Positions 26,946 through 36,554 of a stretch of 38,490 bases of DNA are shown piece after piece. The notes under the pieces are model-generated. The model ran no database searches. It was not told the DNA's origin and saw only the letters and a program-made list of their open reading frames with translations. The stretch covers positions 1-38,490 of the IMG/VR virus record IMGVR_UViG_3300032334_000080; one strand, given 5' to 3'. The stretch is from a virus (Duplodnaviria > Caudoviricetes). Positions within the stretch are counted from its first letter, which is position 1. Every line of letters starts with the position of its first letter. The position numbers and the translations under genes are program-made.

Positions 26946-28007
26946 ATGGCGTACTCTGGAACCGTTGGACAAACCGTCATCAATGTTCAGACATTGATAG
27001 ATCATGGCGCTCGTCGGTGCGGTAAGTTAGCCGAGGAGTTGACCTCTGAACAACAAGTTTCAGCCCGCCAATCCCTTTATTTCCTACTGTCTAACCTTGG
27101 CAATCGAGGTATTCAGTTTTGGACAATCACCAAACTTGTATTGGGCTTAACGGCTGACAAGTACATATATGACCTACCCAAGGGGACAATTGACCTTTGG
27201 AATGCCCTTTATCGCACCATGGATCGCCCTGTAGGGGCTTACACCACTTCTGCTGGGGGTGTGATCGCCAATGCCTATGACAACAATGTAGAGACCATCT
27301 GCACCCAAACTAGTGCCAATGGGAACATCTCCATCAACTATGGAACTTCCAACCCTGTCTACATTGGCTCTATAGGCATCTTGCCTGCGGCTACTGGGAC
27401 TTGGTCTCTCATCTATGAATACTCAGAAGATGGCACCACTTGGAACACCTTAGTAGACCTTGGGGCAGTTGATGTTGTCAACAACAAGTGGATTTGGACT
27501 GATATTGAGGCTGGGCAGACTGTCCCCTTTTATCGTTGCAGAGCCTATGCTGGCACGACTTTATCGGTTAGAGAACTGTACTTTGGCAACAATAGCCTTG
27601 AAGTGCAGATGTCTGGCTTGAACCGGGATGACTACACCAACCTCCCAAACAAGAATTTCACGGCAAATCAACCTTACCAATACTGGTTTAACCGCCAGAT
27701 TCCAAACCCTCAGATGTTTATATGGCCCACCCCATCTGATCCATTTGTGCAGATGACCCTTTGGTACTCTCGCCAAATTGAAGATGTAGGTGCCTTGACT
27801 GATGAATTGGAGATTCCACAACGTTGGTATGAGGCTGTGGTATTCATGCTGGCTCATAGGATGAGCCTTGAGTTGCCCCAAGTGCCAATGGATAGGGTTG
27901 CCTACCTTGAGCGCATGGCGACCCAATATCTCTATGATGCAGAGCAAGAAGAGCGTGACCGCTCACCAATCTATTGGGCACCGAATATCTCGGTGTACAC
28001 CGCATAA
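26946..28007 (+). CDS. Head-tail adaptor-like protein with an inserted beta-sandwich domain
   Basis: Helical N- and C-termini ('LIDHGARRCG', 'IPQRWYEAVVFMLA') and 'IWPTP'; discoidin-like insert 'EYSEDGTTWNT...YRCR'. Confidence 0.55.
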   Translation: MAYSGTVGQTVINVQTLIDHGARRCGKLAEELTSEQQVSARQSLYFLLSNLGNRGIQFWTITKLVLGLTADKYIYDLPKGTIDLWNALYRTMDRPVGAYTTSAGGVIANAYDNNVETICTQTSANGNISINYGTSNPVYIGSIGILPAATGTWSLIYEYSEDGTTWNTLVDLGAVDVVNNKWIWTDIEAGQTVPFYRCRAYAGTTLSVRELYFGNNSLEVQMSGLNRDDYTNLPNKNFTANQPYQYWFNRQIPNPQMFIWPTPSDPFVQMTLWYSRQIEDVGALTDELEIPQRWYEAVVFMLAHRMSLELPQVPMDRVAYLERMATQYLYDAEQEERDRSPIYWAPNISVYTA

Positions 28008-28387
28008 TGCCCATCTTTCTAGACACCACAGGGCTTACTTCTGTTGCTATCGGTATTTGTGATCGATGCAAGATGAAGTACCCCTTTGTGGTTTTGGGGC
28101 CTGATCCCAACTTCCCGGGATTACGAGTCTGTAATACTGGATGTCGTGACCAATTTGACCCATACCGCCTTGCCGCAAGGAAGACAGAGCGTATCAACTT
28201 GCGTTTTGCGCGCCCTGATACACCTTTGAATGCTGGAGACAACTACTTGATGACGGGTAGCGAAAACTTTGCTGGCACAACCCAGTTTCAAATTTCGACT
28301 CAGCAAAACAGTATGCCCAATGATATTGAGGATACTGCCAACAAAGACACCATCGCGCCCAACCCGCCTAACAATACGAGTACATAA
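28007..28387 (+). CDS. Cys-containing tail-module protein
   Basis: TAATG coupling gives a start at 28007; 'ICDRC...GLRVC..GC.D' motif. Confidence 0.6.
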   Translation: MPIFLDTTGLTSVAIGICDRCKMKYPFVVLGPDPNFPGLRVCNTGCRDQFDPYRLAARKTERINLRFARPDTPLNAGDNYLMTGSENFAGTTQFQISTQQNSMPNDIEDTANKDTIAPNPPNNTST

Positions 28388-30957
28388 TGTCAGCACAAGT
28401 AACCATACTCCAACTGCCAGCCGCAGGCCCTATTACAGGGACTGAGTCAATTCCTATTGTTCAGAATGGAGTAACGGTTCAGACAACTACTGCTGCAATT
28501 GCGGGTTCTCCGACTCAGACTTATCAGTATCTGACAGTAGTTCAGACCCCAAATCTGCCAAATAGCCGCTATGTTGGGGCATCCAATGGCTTGGCGATTA
28601 CTGATGGTGGCGCTCAAGGACTCTTTAATATCAGCACTACAGGGGCTTTGCTCTCTTTGGTGTCCTCACCTACTGGTTTCCAAGTAAAAACTTCCTCTAC
28701 GGCTATTACAAGCCGTTCTATAGCAGTTTCTGGGACTGGCTTGGCTATTTCCAATGGAGATGGCATTGCAGGTAACCCAACAATCAGCCTAACTGGTCAG
28801 GTTGCAAACCTTGCAAATGCTAGTTTCAATGGTTTCATGGTGCTGACAACTGCTGGCGCAATCACCTCAACCACTTTGGTAGGGACTGCAAACCAGATTG
28901 GCATCACCAATACCAATGGTGTAGGAAATCCTGTATTTTCTATAGCCGACAATCCAATTTTTCCCGGCACGGGATCAATGACCATCCCAACGGGAACTAC
29001 GGGTCAGCAGCCAGTTGCCCCAGTTGTGGGGATGATGCGCTATGACACGACCGCGGGTGCTTACTATGGCTACTCAGCCGGGGCCTGGAGGCAGTTCTCG
29101 CTATCGGGCGGTGTAACTGAAGTAGACACAGGCACAGGATTGACTGGTGGCCCAATCACGGGTATCGGAACAATCTCTATTGCCGACACTACTGTGACCG
29201 CAGGCTCTTATGGCTCCTCAACTCAAGTCGGCACTTTTACTGTAAATGCCCAAGGTCAGTTGACTGCTGCCGCCAATGTGGCAATTAGTGCCTCTGCTAT
29301 TGGTGCGATAACTACCATCAATGGCACTGCAAATGAAATAACTGCAACAGGGGCATCAACTGTCACGTTGTCTTTGCCTGCTGCTTTGACTTTTACTGGC
29401 AAAACAGTTACTGGCGGTACTTTCTCCAATACAACTGTGACCGGGGCTACTCAGTCAGGTGGATCAATCAATAGCACTCCAATTGGGGCTACAACTCCAA
29501 GCACTGGTGCTTTCACTACCTTGTCAGCCTCTGTAAGTGGAACTATTGGTGGAGACACGATTACTACCAATACGGCGGCTCAGACCCTTACAAACAAGAC
29601 TCTGACCCTCCCTGTTATTGCCTCAATCAGCAATACAGGGGTTTTGACTTTACCTACCTCTACCGATACCTTGGTAGGTAGGGCAACAACTGATACATTG
29701 ACCAACAAGTCAATGAGTGGGTCAACCAACACATTCACGAATCTGCCAAATTCGGCTTTGACAAACTCGTCAATCACGGTTGGTTCTACTGTTTTTGCTC
29801 TTGGTGCAACAAGCCTAACCTTGGCGGGATTGACCTCAGTCACATTGACTCAAGACCCAACTGCTGACTTGCAAGCCGCAACCAAACAATATGTTGACAA
29901 CCTTGTATCTACAGGTTTGACATTCCACGCTCCAGTGCAAGCGGCGACTACGGCAAGCCTTGCCTCAACTACAGGCGGAACAGTTACCTACAACAACGGC
30001 GCGGCTGGTGTTGGCGCAACGATTACATTGTCTGTGGCTTTGACTGTGTTAGATGGCTATACGCTTGCCAATACAAACCGCATTCTGGTCAAGAATGAGG
30101 TCAACCAAGCCTACAACGGTGTCTACACATGGGCAACAGGCGGAACAGTTTTAACTCGTGCAACTGATGCCGACACCTACGGAACTGGTGTCAACCAACT
30201 TAGCCAGAACGATTACTTCTTTGTTCAAAATGGTACTGTTAACAGAGGTAGTTCGTATGTTGTTACCACGGTTGGAACCATTACTTTTGGTACGACCGCT
30301 ATCACTTTTGCAGAATTTAGCAATTCTCAAGTCTATACCGCAGGCACAGGATTAACTCTTACTGGTACAACTTTCAGCATCACAAATACTGCTGTTACGG
30401 CTGGTTCTTATGGTTTGGCGGGGTCTGTGCCGACCATTGCGGTCAATGCTCAAGGTCAAATAACAAGCGCCAGCAACACCGCAATTGCCATCAATGGTAA
30501 CCAGATTACCTCTGGAACTGTGGGTTCTGCTTATATTTCAGGCTCTTACACAGGAATTACTGGAGTAGGAACTCTGACTGTGGGTACATGGAATGCAACC
30601 ACCATTGGCGTGGGATATGGTGGCACTGGGCTGACCTCCTACACCCTTGGCGATTTGCTCTATGCAAGTGGCACAACTACTCTTTCTAAGTTGGGTATTG
30701 GTGCGGCTAACTATGTGCTGACATCAAGCGGAACTGCCCCACAGTATGTGGCTCAGTCAACCTTATCTGTGGGTAGCGCGACAAATGCAACAAATGCAAC
30801 AAATATTGCGATCACAGCAAGCACTACCAATGCCACGAACTACCTCACTTTTGTGAGCGCAACTAGCGGAAACCTTGGGCAATTGGTAAACTCATCAATA
30901 ACTTGCAATCCATCAACTGGTGTAATTACTGGTGGGATTTCTGGAGGAACTTTCTAA
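28387..30957 (+). CDS. Long tail fibre protein
   Basis: Thr/Gly/Ser-rich; repeats 'VTAGSYG....VNAQGQ.T.A' x2, 'TLTNK' x2 and 'AATKQYVD'. Confidence 0.8.
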   Translation: MSAQVTILQLPAAGPITGTESIPIVQNGVTVQTTTAAIAGSPTQTYQYLTVVQTPNLPNSRYVGASNGLAITDGGAQGLFNISTTGALLSLVSSPTGFQVKTSSTAITSRSIAVSGTGLAISNGDGIAGNPTISLTGQVANLANASFNGFMVLTTAGAITSTTLVGTANQIGITNTNGVGNPVFSIADNPIFPGTGSMTIPTGTTGQQPVAPVVGMMRYDTTAGAYYGYSAGAWRQFSLSGGVTEVDTGTGLTGGPITGIGTISIADTTVTAGSYGSSTQVGTFTVNAQGQLTAAANVAISASAIGAITTINGTANEITATGASTVTLSLPAALTFTGKTVTGGTFSNTTVTGATQSGGSINSTPIGATTPSTGAFTTLSASVSGTIGGDTITTNTAAQTLTNKTLTLPVIASISNTGVLTLPTSTDTLVGRATTDTLTNKSMSGSTNTFTNLPNSALTNSSITVGSTVFALGATSLTLAGLTSVTLTQDPTADLQAATKQYVDNLVSTGLTFHAPVQAATTASLASTTGGTVTYNNGAAGVGATITLSVALTVLDGYTLANTNRILVKNEVNQAYNGVYTWATGGTVLTRATDADTYGTGVNQLSQNDYFFVQNGTVNRGSSYVVTTVGTITFGTTAITFAEFSNSQVYTAGTGLTLTGTTFSITNTAVTAGSYGLAGSVPTIAVNAQGQITSASNTAIAINGNQITSGTVGSAYISGSYTGITGVGTLTVGTWNATTIGVGYGGTGLTSYTLGDLLYASGTTTLSKLGIGAANYVLTSSGTAPQYVAQSTLSVGSATNATNATNIAITASTTNATNYLTFVSATSGNLGQLVNSSITCNPSTGVITGGISGGTF

Positions 30958-31908
30958 ATGTCGGCAACAAATTACACCCCAATTCAGTTGTACAGAAGTA
31001 CAACGGCGTCTGCCGTTCCTCTAGCGGCAAACCTTGCTGCTGGTGAACTTGCGCTCAATATTGTTGATGGCAAGTTGTATTACAACGATAGTGGCACAGT
31101 CAAACTGTTGGCAAGTAATGCCGCGACGACCAATGTCAGCACAATTTCGTTTGGCACGACTGGCCTGACGCCAGCGACTGCGACTTCGGGCGCGGTGACT
31201 GTTGCAGGCACGCTGGCTACAACCAACGGCGGTACAAACCTGACATCGTTCACCTCTGGTGGCGCGATGTACGCAACCTCGACCTCTGTTTTGACCACAG
31301 GCACTCTGCCAGTCACAGCAGGCGGTACAGGGCTTGCCACAATCACCGCAGGGCGCATTTTGTTCGGTGCTGGCACATCAGCCGTAGGAAACTCTGCAAA
31401 CCTCTTCTGGGACACCGCAAACAGCCGCTTTGGCGTGAATACCGCAACCCCAGCGGTGACCACCGAGTTGGTGGGTACAGATGCCATGCTCATCCCCAAG
31501 GGAACGACAGGAAACCGTCCTACAGGCGTTTCTGGCTATTTGCGCTTCAACACCACTACAAGTGAGTTTGAGGGCTACAACGGCTCTGCATGGGCATCGG
31601 TGGGTGGCGCGGCGTTAAGCAACGACACCTCAACGACATCAAACATCTACCCGCTGTCTGCGGCGGCTACTTCTGGCACAGCCTCAACGCTGTACACCTC
31701 AAACGCCAAGTTCTTGTACAAGCCTTCTACTGGAGAATTGCAAGCCAGCGAGATGGTGGCAACGAATGGTCTGTTTGTGAATGCAACGAGCATCGCGGCA
31801 AGTTACACCATCGCTTCTGGCTACAACGCACAATCGGTTGGCCCAGTCACCATTGCATCAGGTCAATCTGTAACCATCACCAGCGGTCAGCGTTGGTTGG
31901 TGTACTAA
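30958..31908 (+). CDS. Tail fibre or fibre-adaptor protein
   Basis: N-terminal 'IQLYRS....P....LAAGELALN..DGKLY' fibre-attachment motif; 'GYLRFNTT..EFEGYNG..W'. Confidence 0.7.
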   Translation: MSATNYTPIQLYRSTTASAVPLAANLAAGELALNIVDGKLYYNDSGTVKLLASNAATTNVSTISFGTTGLTPATATSGAVTVAGTLATTNGGTNLTSFTSGGAMYATSTSVLTTGTLPVTAGGTGLATITAGRILFGAGTSAVGNSANLFWDTANSRFGVNTATPAVTTELVGTDAMLIPKGTTGNRPTGVSGYLRFNTTTSEFEGYNGSAWASVGGAALSNDTSTTSNIYPLSAAATSGTASTLYTSNAKFLYKPSTGELQASEMVATNGLFVNATSIAASYTIASGYNAQSVGPVTIASGQSVTITSGQRWLVY

Positions 31909-31920
31909 GAGGAAAACAAC

Positions 31921-33054
31921 ATGGCTTCTATAGTCTCAGCAGGAACAACTAGCGCAACAGCGCTGAACATGAGTGCAGATACCACGGGTATCTTGCAACT
32001 CTCATCCAATAATGGCACTGTTGGTTTGACGATGGATACCTCACAAAATGTGGGTATTGGTACTACTTCACCAGCAACTTATGGAAAGTTTGCTGTTGTT
32101 TCTTCAACTGCTGGTGCGGCAAAAATATCAATTCAAGATACATCAGGCGGAAGTGCATCTTCTTTGCTTCAATTTGGAATAAATGATACAAGCGGATTTA
32201 ACACCTCAGATGCCTCAAGAATATGGACAACTGCCTCAAGTGCTACTGCCGCAAGTTTAAATTTTGCCGCATACAACGGGGGCGCACCATCAACGGCTCA
32301 AATGTCTTTGGTAAGCGCTGGATTAAAAATTGGCACAACATCTGCCGCCATGAGAAAGTTAATTGTTGCTTCTGCTTCTGCAATGAAGTTGGGAACATCT
32401 ACTGGCGCTTTATTTTCTGATACTGCCAACGATGGTGGCGTTTTAATTGGTAGTGACTATACCTTTGGAAACATTCAAGGATGTAATGCGGCAGGAACAT
32501 CTGCCAAAGACATTACCATGCAACCAGAAGGTGGAAATTTGCTGGTGGGGGCTACATCAGGAGCGGGGTCAAAACTTTATGTTCTTGCAAGTAGTGCAAG
32601 TGCTATTAGGGGAGATGCAAGTACCGCTACTACGGTTGCTATTTATGGGGTTCATGGTTCTAATTCATCAACAGGATATGTGGCTTATTTATTAAATTCT
32701 GGGGCTTCAAATGGACAATATTTAACAAACACAGGCTCATGGCAAGCACTCTCTGATGTTCGTTTAAAAACAGACATTAAAAACTTAGATTCTACTAACA
32801 GACTGATGCAATTACGCCCAGTTGATTATTTATGGAAATCACAAGAAACATCTGAAGAGCCAAACAAACGCAATTTTGGTTTTATTGCTCAAGAAGTTAA
32901 AGAGATATTTCCTGAGTTAGTAACAGTTTCGCCTGATGGTATGTTTGGCGTTGAATACACGGGTTTAATTTCTCCTCTAGTCAAAGCCATCCAAGAACTC
33001 AGCGCCAAAGTCACCGCTCTTGAAGAGCAAGTCCTTAATTTGGGAGTCAAATAA
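31921..33054 (+). CDS. Tail fibre/spike with a C-terminal intramolecular chaperone (peptidase S74)
   Basis: 'SDVRLKTDI...LRPVDY.W...GFIAQEV..IFPELV...LVKAIQEL' motifs. Confidence 0.85.
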   Translation: MASIVSAGTTSATALNMSADTTGILQLSSNNGTVGLTMDTSQNVGIGTTSPATYGKFAVVSSTAGAAKISIQDTSGGSASSLLQFGINDTSGFNTSDASRIWTTASSATAASLNFAAYNGGAPSTAQMSLVSAGLKIGTTSAAMRKLIVASASAMKLGTSTGALFSDTANDGGVLIGSDYTFGNIQGCNAAGTSAKDITMQPEGGNLLVGATSGAGSKLYVLASSASAIRGDASTATTVAIYGVHGSNSSTGYVAYLLNSGASNGQYLTNTGSWQALSDVRLKTDIKNLDSTNRLMQLRPVDYLWKSQETSEEPNKRNFGFIAQEVKEIFPELVTVSPDGMFGVEYTGLISPLVKAIQELSAKVTALEEQVLNLGVK

Positions 33055-33857
33055 TGGCATCAATAATTAACGCATCCTCAACTGGTAGCGGAGGCATCGT
33101 ACAGACTGCTGACGCTTCTGGAATCTTGCAGTTGCAAGCCAACGGAACTGTCGCACTCACCGTAAACAGCAACGCTTCATTGACTGCATCCAATACTGGC
33201 TCTGGCATCACCTTTGCCAGTTCTGCTGGTTCTGGTATTCGCGTGTATGGCGCGGCTGGCACAAACCAATGGGACATCTACGGCAACGGTGCAAACCTGC
33301 GCTTCAGCGACAACACTGGTGGTGGTCGCATCGTGATTGATGGTACTGCAAGCGTTGGAACAACTTTTGGTGTTGGTGGTGCAACCCCTGCCGCATCTGG
33401 CTCTGGTGTCACCTTCCCAGCCACTCAAAGCGCATCAAGCGATGCAAACACTTTGGATGATTATGAAGAGGGTACATGGACTCCAACAATAGGTACAGCA
33501 TCTGGCACTGTCACGCTTGGCACAACGGGTATGCGATACACGAAAGTTGGAAATATAGTCACGATTAGCGGTTATCTAACCGTGTCTTCCGTTAGCGCCC
33601 CTTCTGGTCTTACTTACATCTCTGGATTTCCTTTTGTCCCCTATTCATATCCCGGCAACGGGTCTAATTTTCCGTATACGTTTTATAACGGAGCATCAAC
33701 TGTAAGCGCAGGTTATTTTCCTTGGGGGTATACCAGCGCAGGGAACAATGGCGCTTACTTGAGGCTTAGCCAAGGCGGTTCTGGTCTTACGGAGATGGGC
33801 GCTTTTTTTAAAGCAAGTATGGAACTTTGGATTAACTGCACATATCAAGTCGCTTAA
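33054..33857 (+). CDS. Short tail fibre or receptor-binding protein
   Basis: 'TFPATQSASSDANTLDDYEEGTWTPT...YTKVGNIV' followed by a beta head domain. Confidence 0.7.
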   Translation: MASIINASSTGSGGIVQTADASGILQLQANGTVALTVNSNASLTASNTGSGITFASSAGSGIRVYGAAGTNQWDIYGNGANLRFSDNTGGGRIVIDGTASVGTTFGVGGATPAASGSGVTFPATQSASSDANTLDDYEEGTWTPTIGTASGTVTLGTTGMRYTKVGNIVTISGYLTVSSVSAPSGLTYISGFPFVPYSYPGNGSNFPYTFYNGASTVSAGYFPWGYTSAGNNGAYLRLSQGGSGLTEMGAFFKASMELWINCTYQVA

Positions 33858-33869
33858 AGGACAGCAACC

Positions 33870-34661
33870 ATGACACTAATTCTTCAAGGAACAGACAACA
33901 GCGTATCGTCCCCAGCGGTGCAAGGTGGTACTGCTGGCACTACGACTGGTCTTTATTATCCAAACACCAGTCAAGTTGCCCTAGCAACAAACGGCTCAAT
34001 TGCTTTAAGAATTGATTCTGGACAAAATACTTTTTTGACTGGAAGTTATCTTAGTCTTAATAACAACGGCTATATTCGTAGCGATATTACAAACAGTTTG
34101 GCTTTTCAGGCTGGTTCAAGTTCAACTGTTGGTTTTCAAGTAAGAAACAATGGTAACGGTGTTGCGATGTTGGCTATGAATGGCGCAACCCAATATTCAT
34201 TGGCGCTTGAGGGTGCAACACCACAATCTGGCGTAGGCATCACTTTTCCCGCAACTCAAGCCTCCTCTGCTAACGCAAATACGCTAGATGATTATGAGGA
34301 GGGGACTTGGACACCGACAGATGCTTCTGGTGCAGGGTTAAGTTTTTCTGTAAATGGTGCTTATTACCGAAAAATTGGTACATTGGTGTTTATCAATTGC
34401 TACTTTACATATCCAGCAACTTCAAACGCAAATCAAGCAGGATTTGGAAATCTTCCCTACACCGCTTCAGGCTCTCAAAATTATAGTTACATAATGGGAA
34501 GAACTCAAAACAACCTAGGCAACATGGTTGCTTGGCAAGTTAATTCAGGCAACAACAGCACGGCGGCAAACTTTGGATGGAACAGTGTTGGGTCTGTATC
34601 AAATGCCAACCTAAGTGGAAGTTATATCCTAGTTTCTGGTTGTTACATTGCAGATAATTAA
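33870..34661 (+). CDS. Short tail fibre or receptor-binding protein (paralogue of the preceding gene)
   Basis: 'TFPATQASSANANTLDDYEEGTWTPT...YRKIGTLV'. Confidence 0.7.
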   Translation: MTLILQGTDNSVSSPAVQGGTAGTTTGLYYPNTSQVALATNGSIALRIDSGQNTFLTGSYLSLNNNGYIRSDITNSLAFQAGSSSTVGFQVRNNGNGVAMLAMNGATQYSLALEGATPQSGVGITFPATQASSANANTLDDYEEGTWTPTDASGAGLSFSVNGAYYRKIGTLVFINCYFTYPATSNANQAGFGNLPYTASGSQNYSYIMGRTQNNLGNMVAWQVNSGNNSTAANFGWNSVGSVSNANLSGSYILVSGCYIADN

Positions 34662-34675
34662 ATCAAGAGTTCATT

Positions 34676-34722
34676 AGCCTGATTGGATTTATCAGGCTGG
34701 ACACAACGCCAACTTTAAGGAG
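34676..34722 (+). promoter_or_regulatory. Leader hairpin, possibly a pseudoknot, adjacent to an SD
   Basis: AGCCTGAT/ATCAGGCT stem; TTGG (34683-34686) is complementary to CCAA (34709-34712); TAAGGAG at 34716-34722. Confidence 0.45.
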
Positions 34723-34730
34723 AAACCCAA

Positions 34731-34988
34731 ATGGCAATCACCAAAGAAAAAGTAATCGACCAAATCACCGTGACTGAGAACGGCATCGTTCTCTATCGTG
34801 AGGCAACTCGCATCATGGAAGACGGTCAGCAACTGAGCCAAACCTACCATCGCACAAGCCTGACACCAGCACAAGACCTCACTGGTCAGCCTGCCAATGT
34901 CGTGGCAATCTGCAATGTGGCTTGGACACCTGAAGTCATTGCGGCTTATCAAGCGCAGATGGCAAAGAACGCTCTCCCAGAGGCATAA
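34731..34988 (+). CDS. Small fibre-associated protein (possible assembly chaperone)
   Basis: Strong SD; 'TYHRTSL.P..D.....ANVVAICNVAWTPEVIAAY'; follows the fibre genes. Confidence 0.65.
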   Translation: MAITKEKVIDQITVTENGIVLYREATRIMEDGQQLSQTYHRTSLTPAQDLTGQPANVVAICNVAWTPEVIAAYQAQMAKNALPEA

Positions 34989-34996
34989 TTAAAAAA

Positions 34997-35031
34997 GGGC
35001 GAACCGCTGGCCCATAACAGCGGATTTTTTT
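34997..35031 (+). other. H-type pseudoknot or terminator-like element
   Basis: GGGC/GCCC and CCGCTG/CAGCGG stems are interleaved; followed by A and T7. Confidence 0.55.
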
Positions 35032-35045
35032 CAAAGGAAATGGCA

Positions 35046-35210
35046 ATGAACGAAAAACTGACTCTCTCAACGCAACTGGTAAACCAGATTCTTGGCTACT
35101 TGGGTTCACGCCCATACCAAGAGACTTTCCAAATCATTGAAGCCTTACAGAAGGAAGCCCAAGCAAGTATGGGTCAGCCTGAGAAGGTTATCGCTGAACC
35201 TGTGAATTAA
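35046..35210 (+). CDS. Small hypothetical protein (54 aa; alternative ATG at 35040; not in the ORF track)
   Basis: AAGGA SD; 'LVNQILGYLGSRPYQE' motif. Confidence 0.65.
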   Translation: MNEKLTLSTQLVNQILGYLGSRPYQETFQIIEALQKEAQASMGQPEKVIAEPVN

Positions 35211-35220
35211 GAGGTGAGCG

Positions 35221-35436
35221 ATGGAAGCGGTTCACGAATTAGCCACCGAGACCGATAAGCGTCTGAGTGTTCACGAAGCAATCTGCGCCCAACGGTACGA
35301 GGGCATTCAAGCCCGCTTCGATGATGGTTCCAAGCGCATGACCAAGATTGAGTACCTCCTGTATGTACTCATCTTGGCTGTGTTGCTTGGCCCCGGCGTT
35401 GCCGCCGAGATGGTCAAAAAGGTGTTTGGACTATGA
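35221..35436 (+). CDS. Membrane protein of the lysis region (XhlA/holin-like)
   Basis: 'HEAICAQRY' coiled coil plus one TM helix. Confidence 0.55.
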   Translation: MEAVHELATETDKRLSVHEAICAQRYEGIQARFDDGSKRMTKIEYLLYVLILAVLLGPGVAAEMVKKVFGL

Positions 35437-35702
35437 ATTGGGCAGACGTACTCAAGGCGGTGATTCCAATCATCGTGGCGTCCCTTGCTTGGCTTTTGGG
35501 TCAGGTCAATGACTTCTCCACTCGATTGACAAGAATTGAAGGCTCCATGCCAGCCTTGATTACAAAAGAGGGTGTTCCCACAGACTCTCCACTTTCAGCC
35601 GAGCGTCGGCACATCTTGAAAGAGGAAATCTACAAAGACATCCACCAACTTCAAGTAAAAGTCCAATTGCTTGAGGAACGCGAAAAGATGGTGAAAAAAT
35701 GA
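35433..35702 (+). CDS. Membrane-anchored coiled-coil protein of the lysis region
   Basis: N-terminal TM helix, C-terminal coiled coil. Confidence 0.55.
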   Translation: MNWADVLKAVIPIIVASLAWLLGQVNDFSTRLTRIEGSMPALITKEGVPTDSPLSAERRHILKEEIYKDIHQLQVKVQLLEEREKMVKK

Positions 35703-36214
35703 TTCCAATAGTCGCATCACTCCTTACGACCCTTGCCTCCAACGGCTTGGGTCTTTTGTCTTCTGCCATTCAAGCAAAGGGCAAACAAGTTGTTGAGGAC
35801 ACTCTCAACATCAAGATTCCAGACAATCCAACCCCTGAAGATGTTGCCAAATTGCGTCAGGCTCAGTTTGACCATGAAGAGCGCCTCTTGGAGTTGGGGA
35901 TTGAAAAGGCTCGATTGGAGCAAGAGGAACTCAAAGCCTTGCTTGTTGCCAAGGTTCAAGAGGACAACAATGTGACCAAACGGTGGGAGGCTGACATGAC
36001 CTCTGACTCTTGGTTATCTAAGAACATTCGCCCCGGCACTTTGCTCTACATTTTGACTGCCTATTTGGTTTTTGCAGGCTTGAGTGCTGCTGGCATCCAA
36101 GTACAAGAGGCTTATGTCAACTTGCTAGGGCAATGGGGTATGTTGGTGATGACCGCCTACTTTGGTGGCAGAACCGTGGAAAAGGTTATGGAGATGCGGA
36201 GTAAGGACAAATGA
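35699..36214 (+). CDS. Holin, 3TM (GTA holin-like) family
   Basis: 'DSWLSKNIRP', TM helices and 'YFGGRTVEK'; directly upstream of the endolysin. Confidence 0.75.
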   Translation: MIPIVASLLTTLASNGLGLLSSAIQAKGKQVVEDTLNIKIPDNPTPEDVAKLRQAQFDHEERLLELGIEKARLEQEELKALLVAKVQEDNNVTKRWEADMTSDSWLSKNIRPGTLLYILTAYLVFAGLSAAGIQVQEAYVNLLGQWGMLVMTAYFGGRTVEKVMEMRSKDK

Positions 36215-36552
36215 GCCTAAGTCAAGAACAAGCCGCATTTTTGCTAGATGCTTGCAAACTGATTCAATACGCCACAGAACAAGGCTTTGTGGTGACTGGT
36301 GGCGAGTTGGCTCGTACACCTGAACAACAGGCTATTTACGTCAATACAGGGCGCTCTAAAACCCTTAACTCAATCCATCTAAAACGATGTGCCATCGACT
36401 TGAATTTCTTCAAGGATGGGCAGATAATATGGGACAAGGGCATCCTTGCGCCATTGGGTGCTTACTGGGAAACTTTGAACCCCAAGAACCGCTGGGGTGG
36501 CAACTTTAAATCACTGGTGGATTGTCCACATTTTGAACGAAACGTGGGGTAA
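36211..36552 (+). CDS. Endolysin, M15 family zinc peptidase
   Basis: 'RTPEQQ', 'SIHLKRCAID' (SxHxxxxAxD) and 'WGGNF...DCPHFE'. Confidence 0.88.
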   Translation: MSLSQEQAAFLLDACKLIQYATEQGFVVTGGELARTPEQQAIYVNTGRSKTLNSIHLKRCAIDLNFFKDGQIIWDKGILAPLGAYWETLNPKNRWGGNFKSLVDCPHFERNVG

Positions 36553-36554
36553 AT

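Noticed and set aside
33400-34320. Diversity-generating retroelement or invertible cassette between the fibre paralogues
   Set aside because: The shared segment differs at synonymous positions of all bases, and no reverse transcriptase, invertase or inverted repeats are seen.
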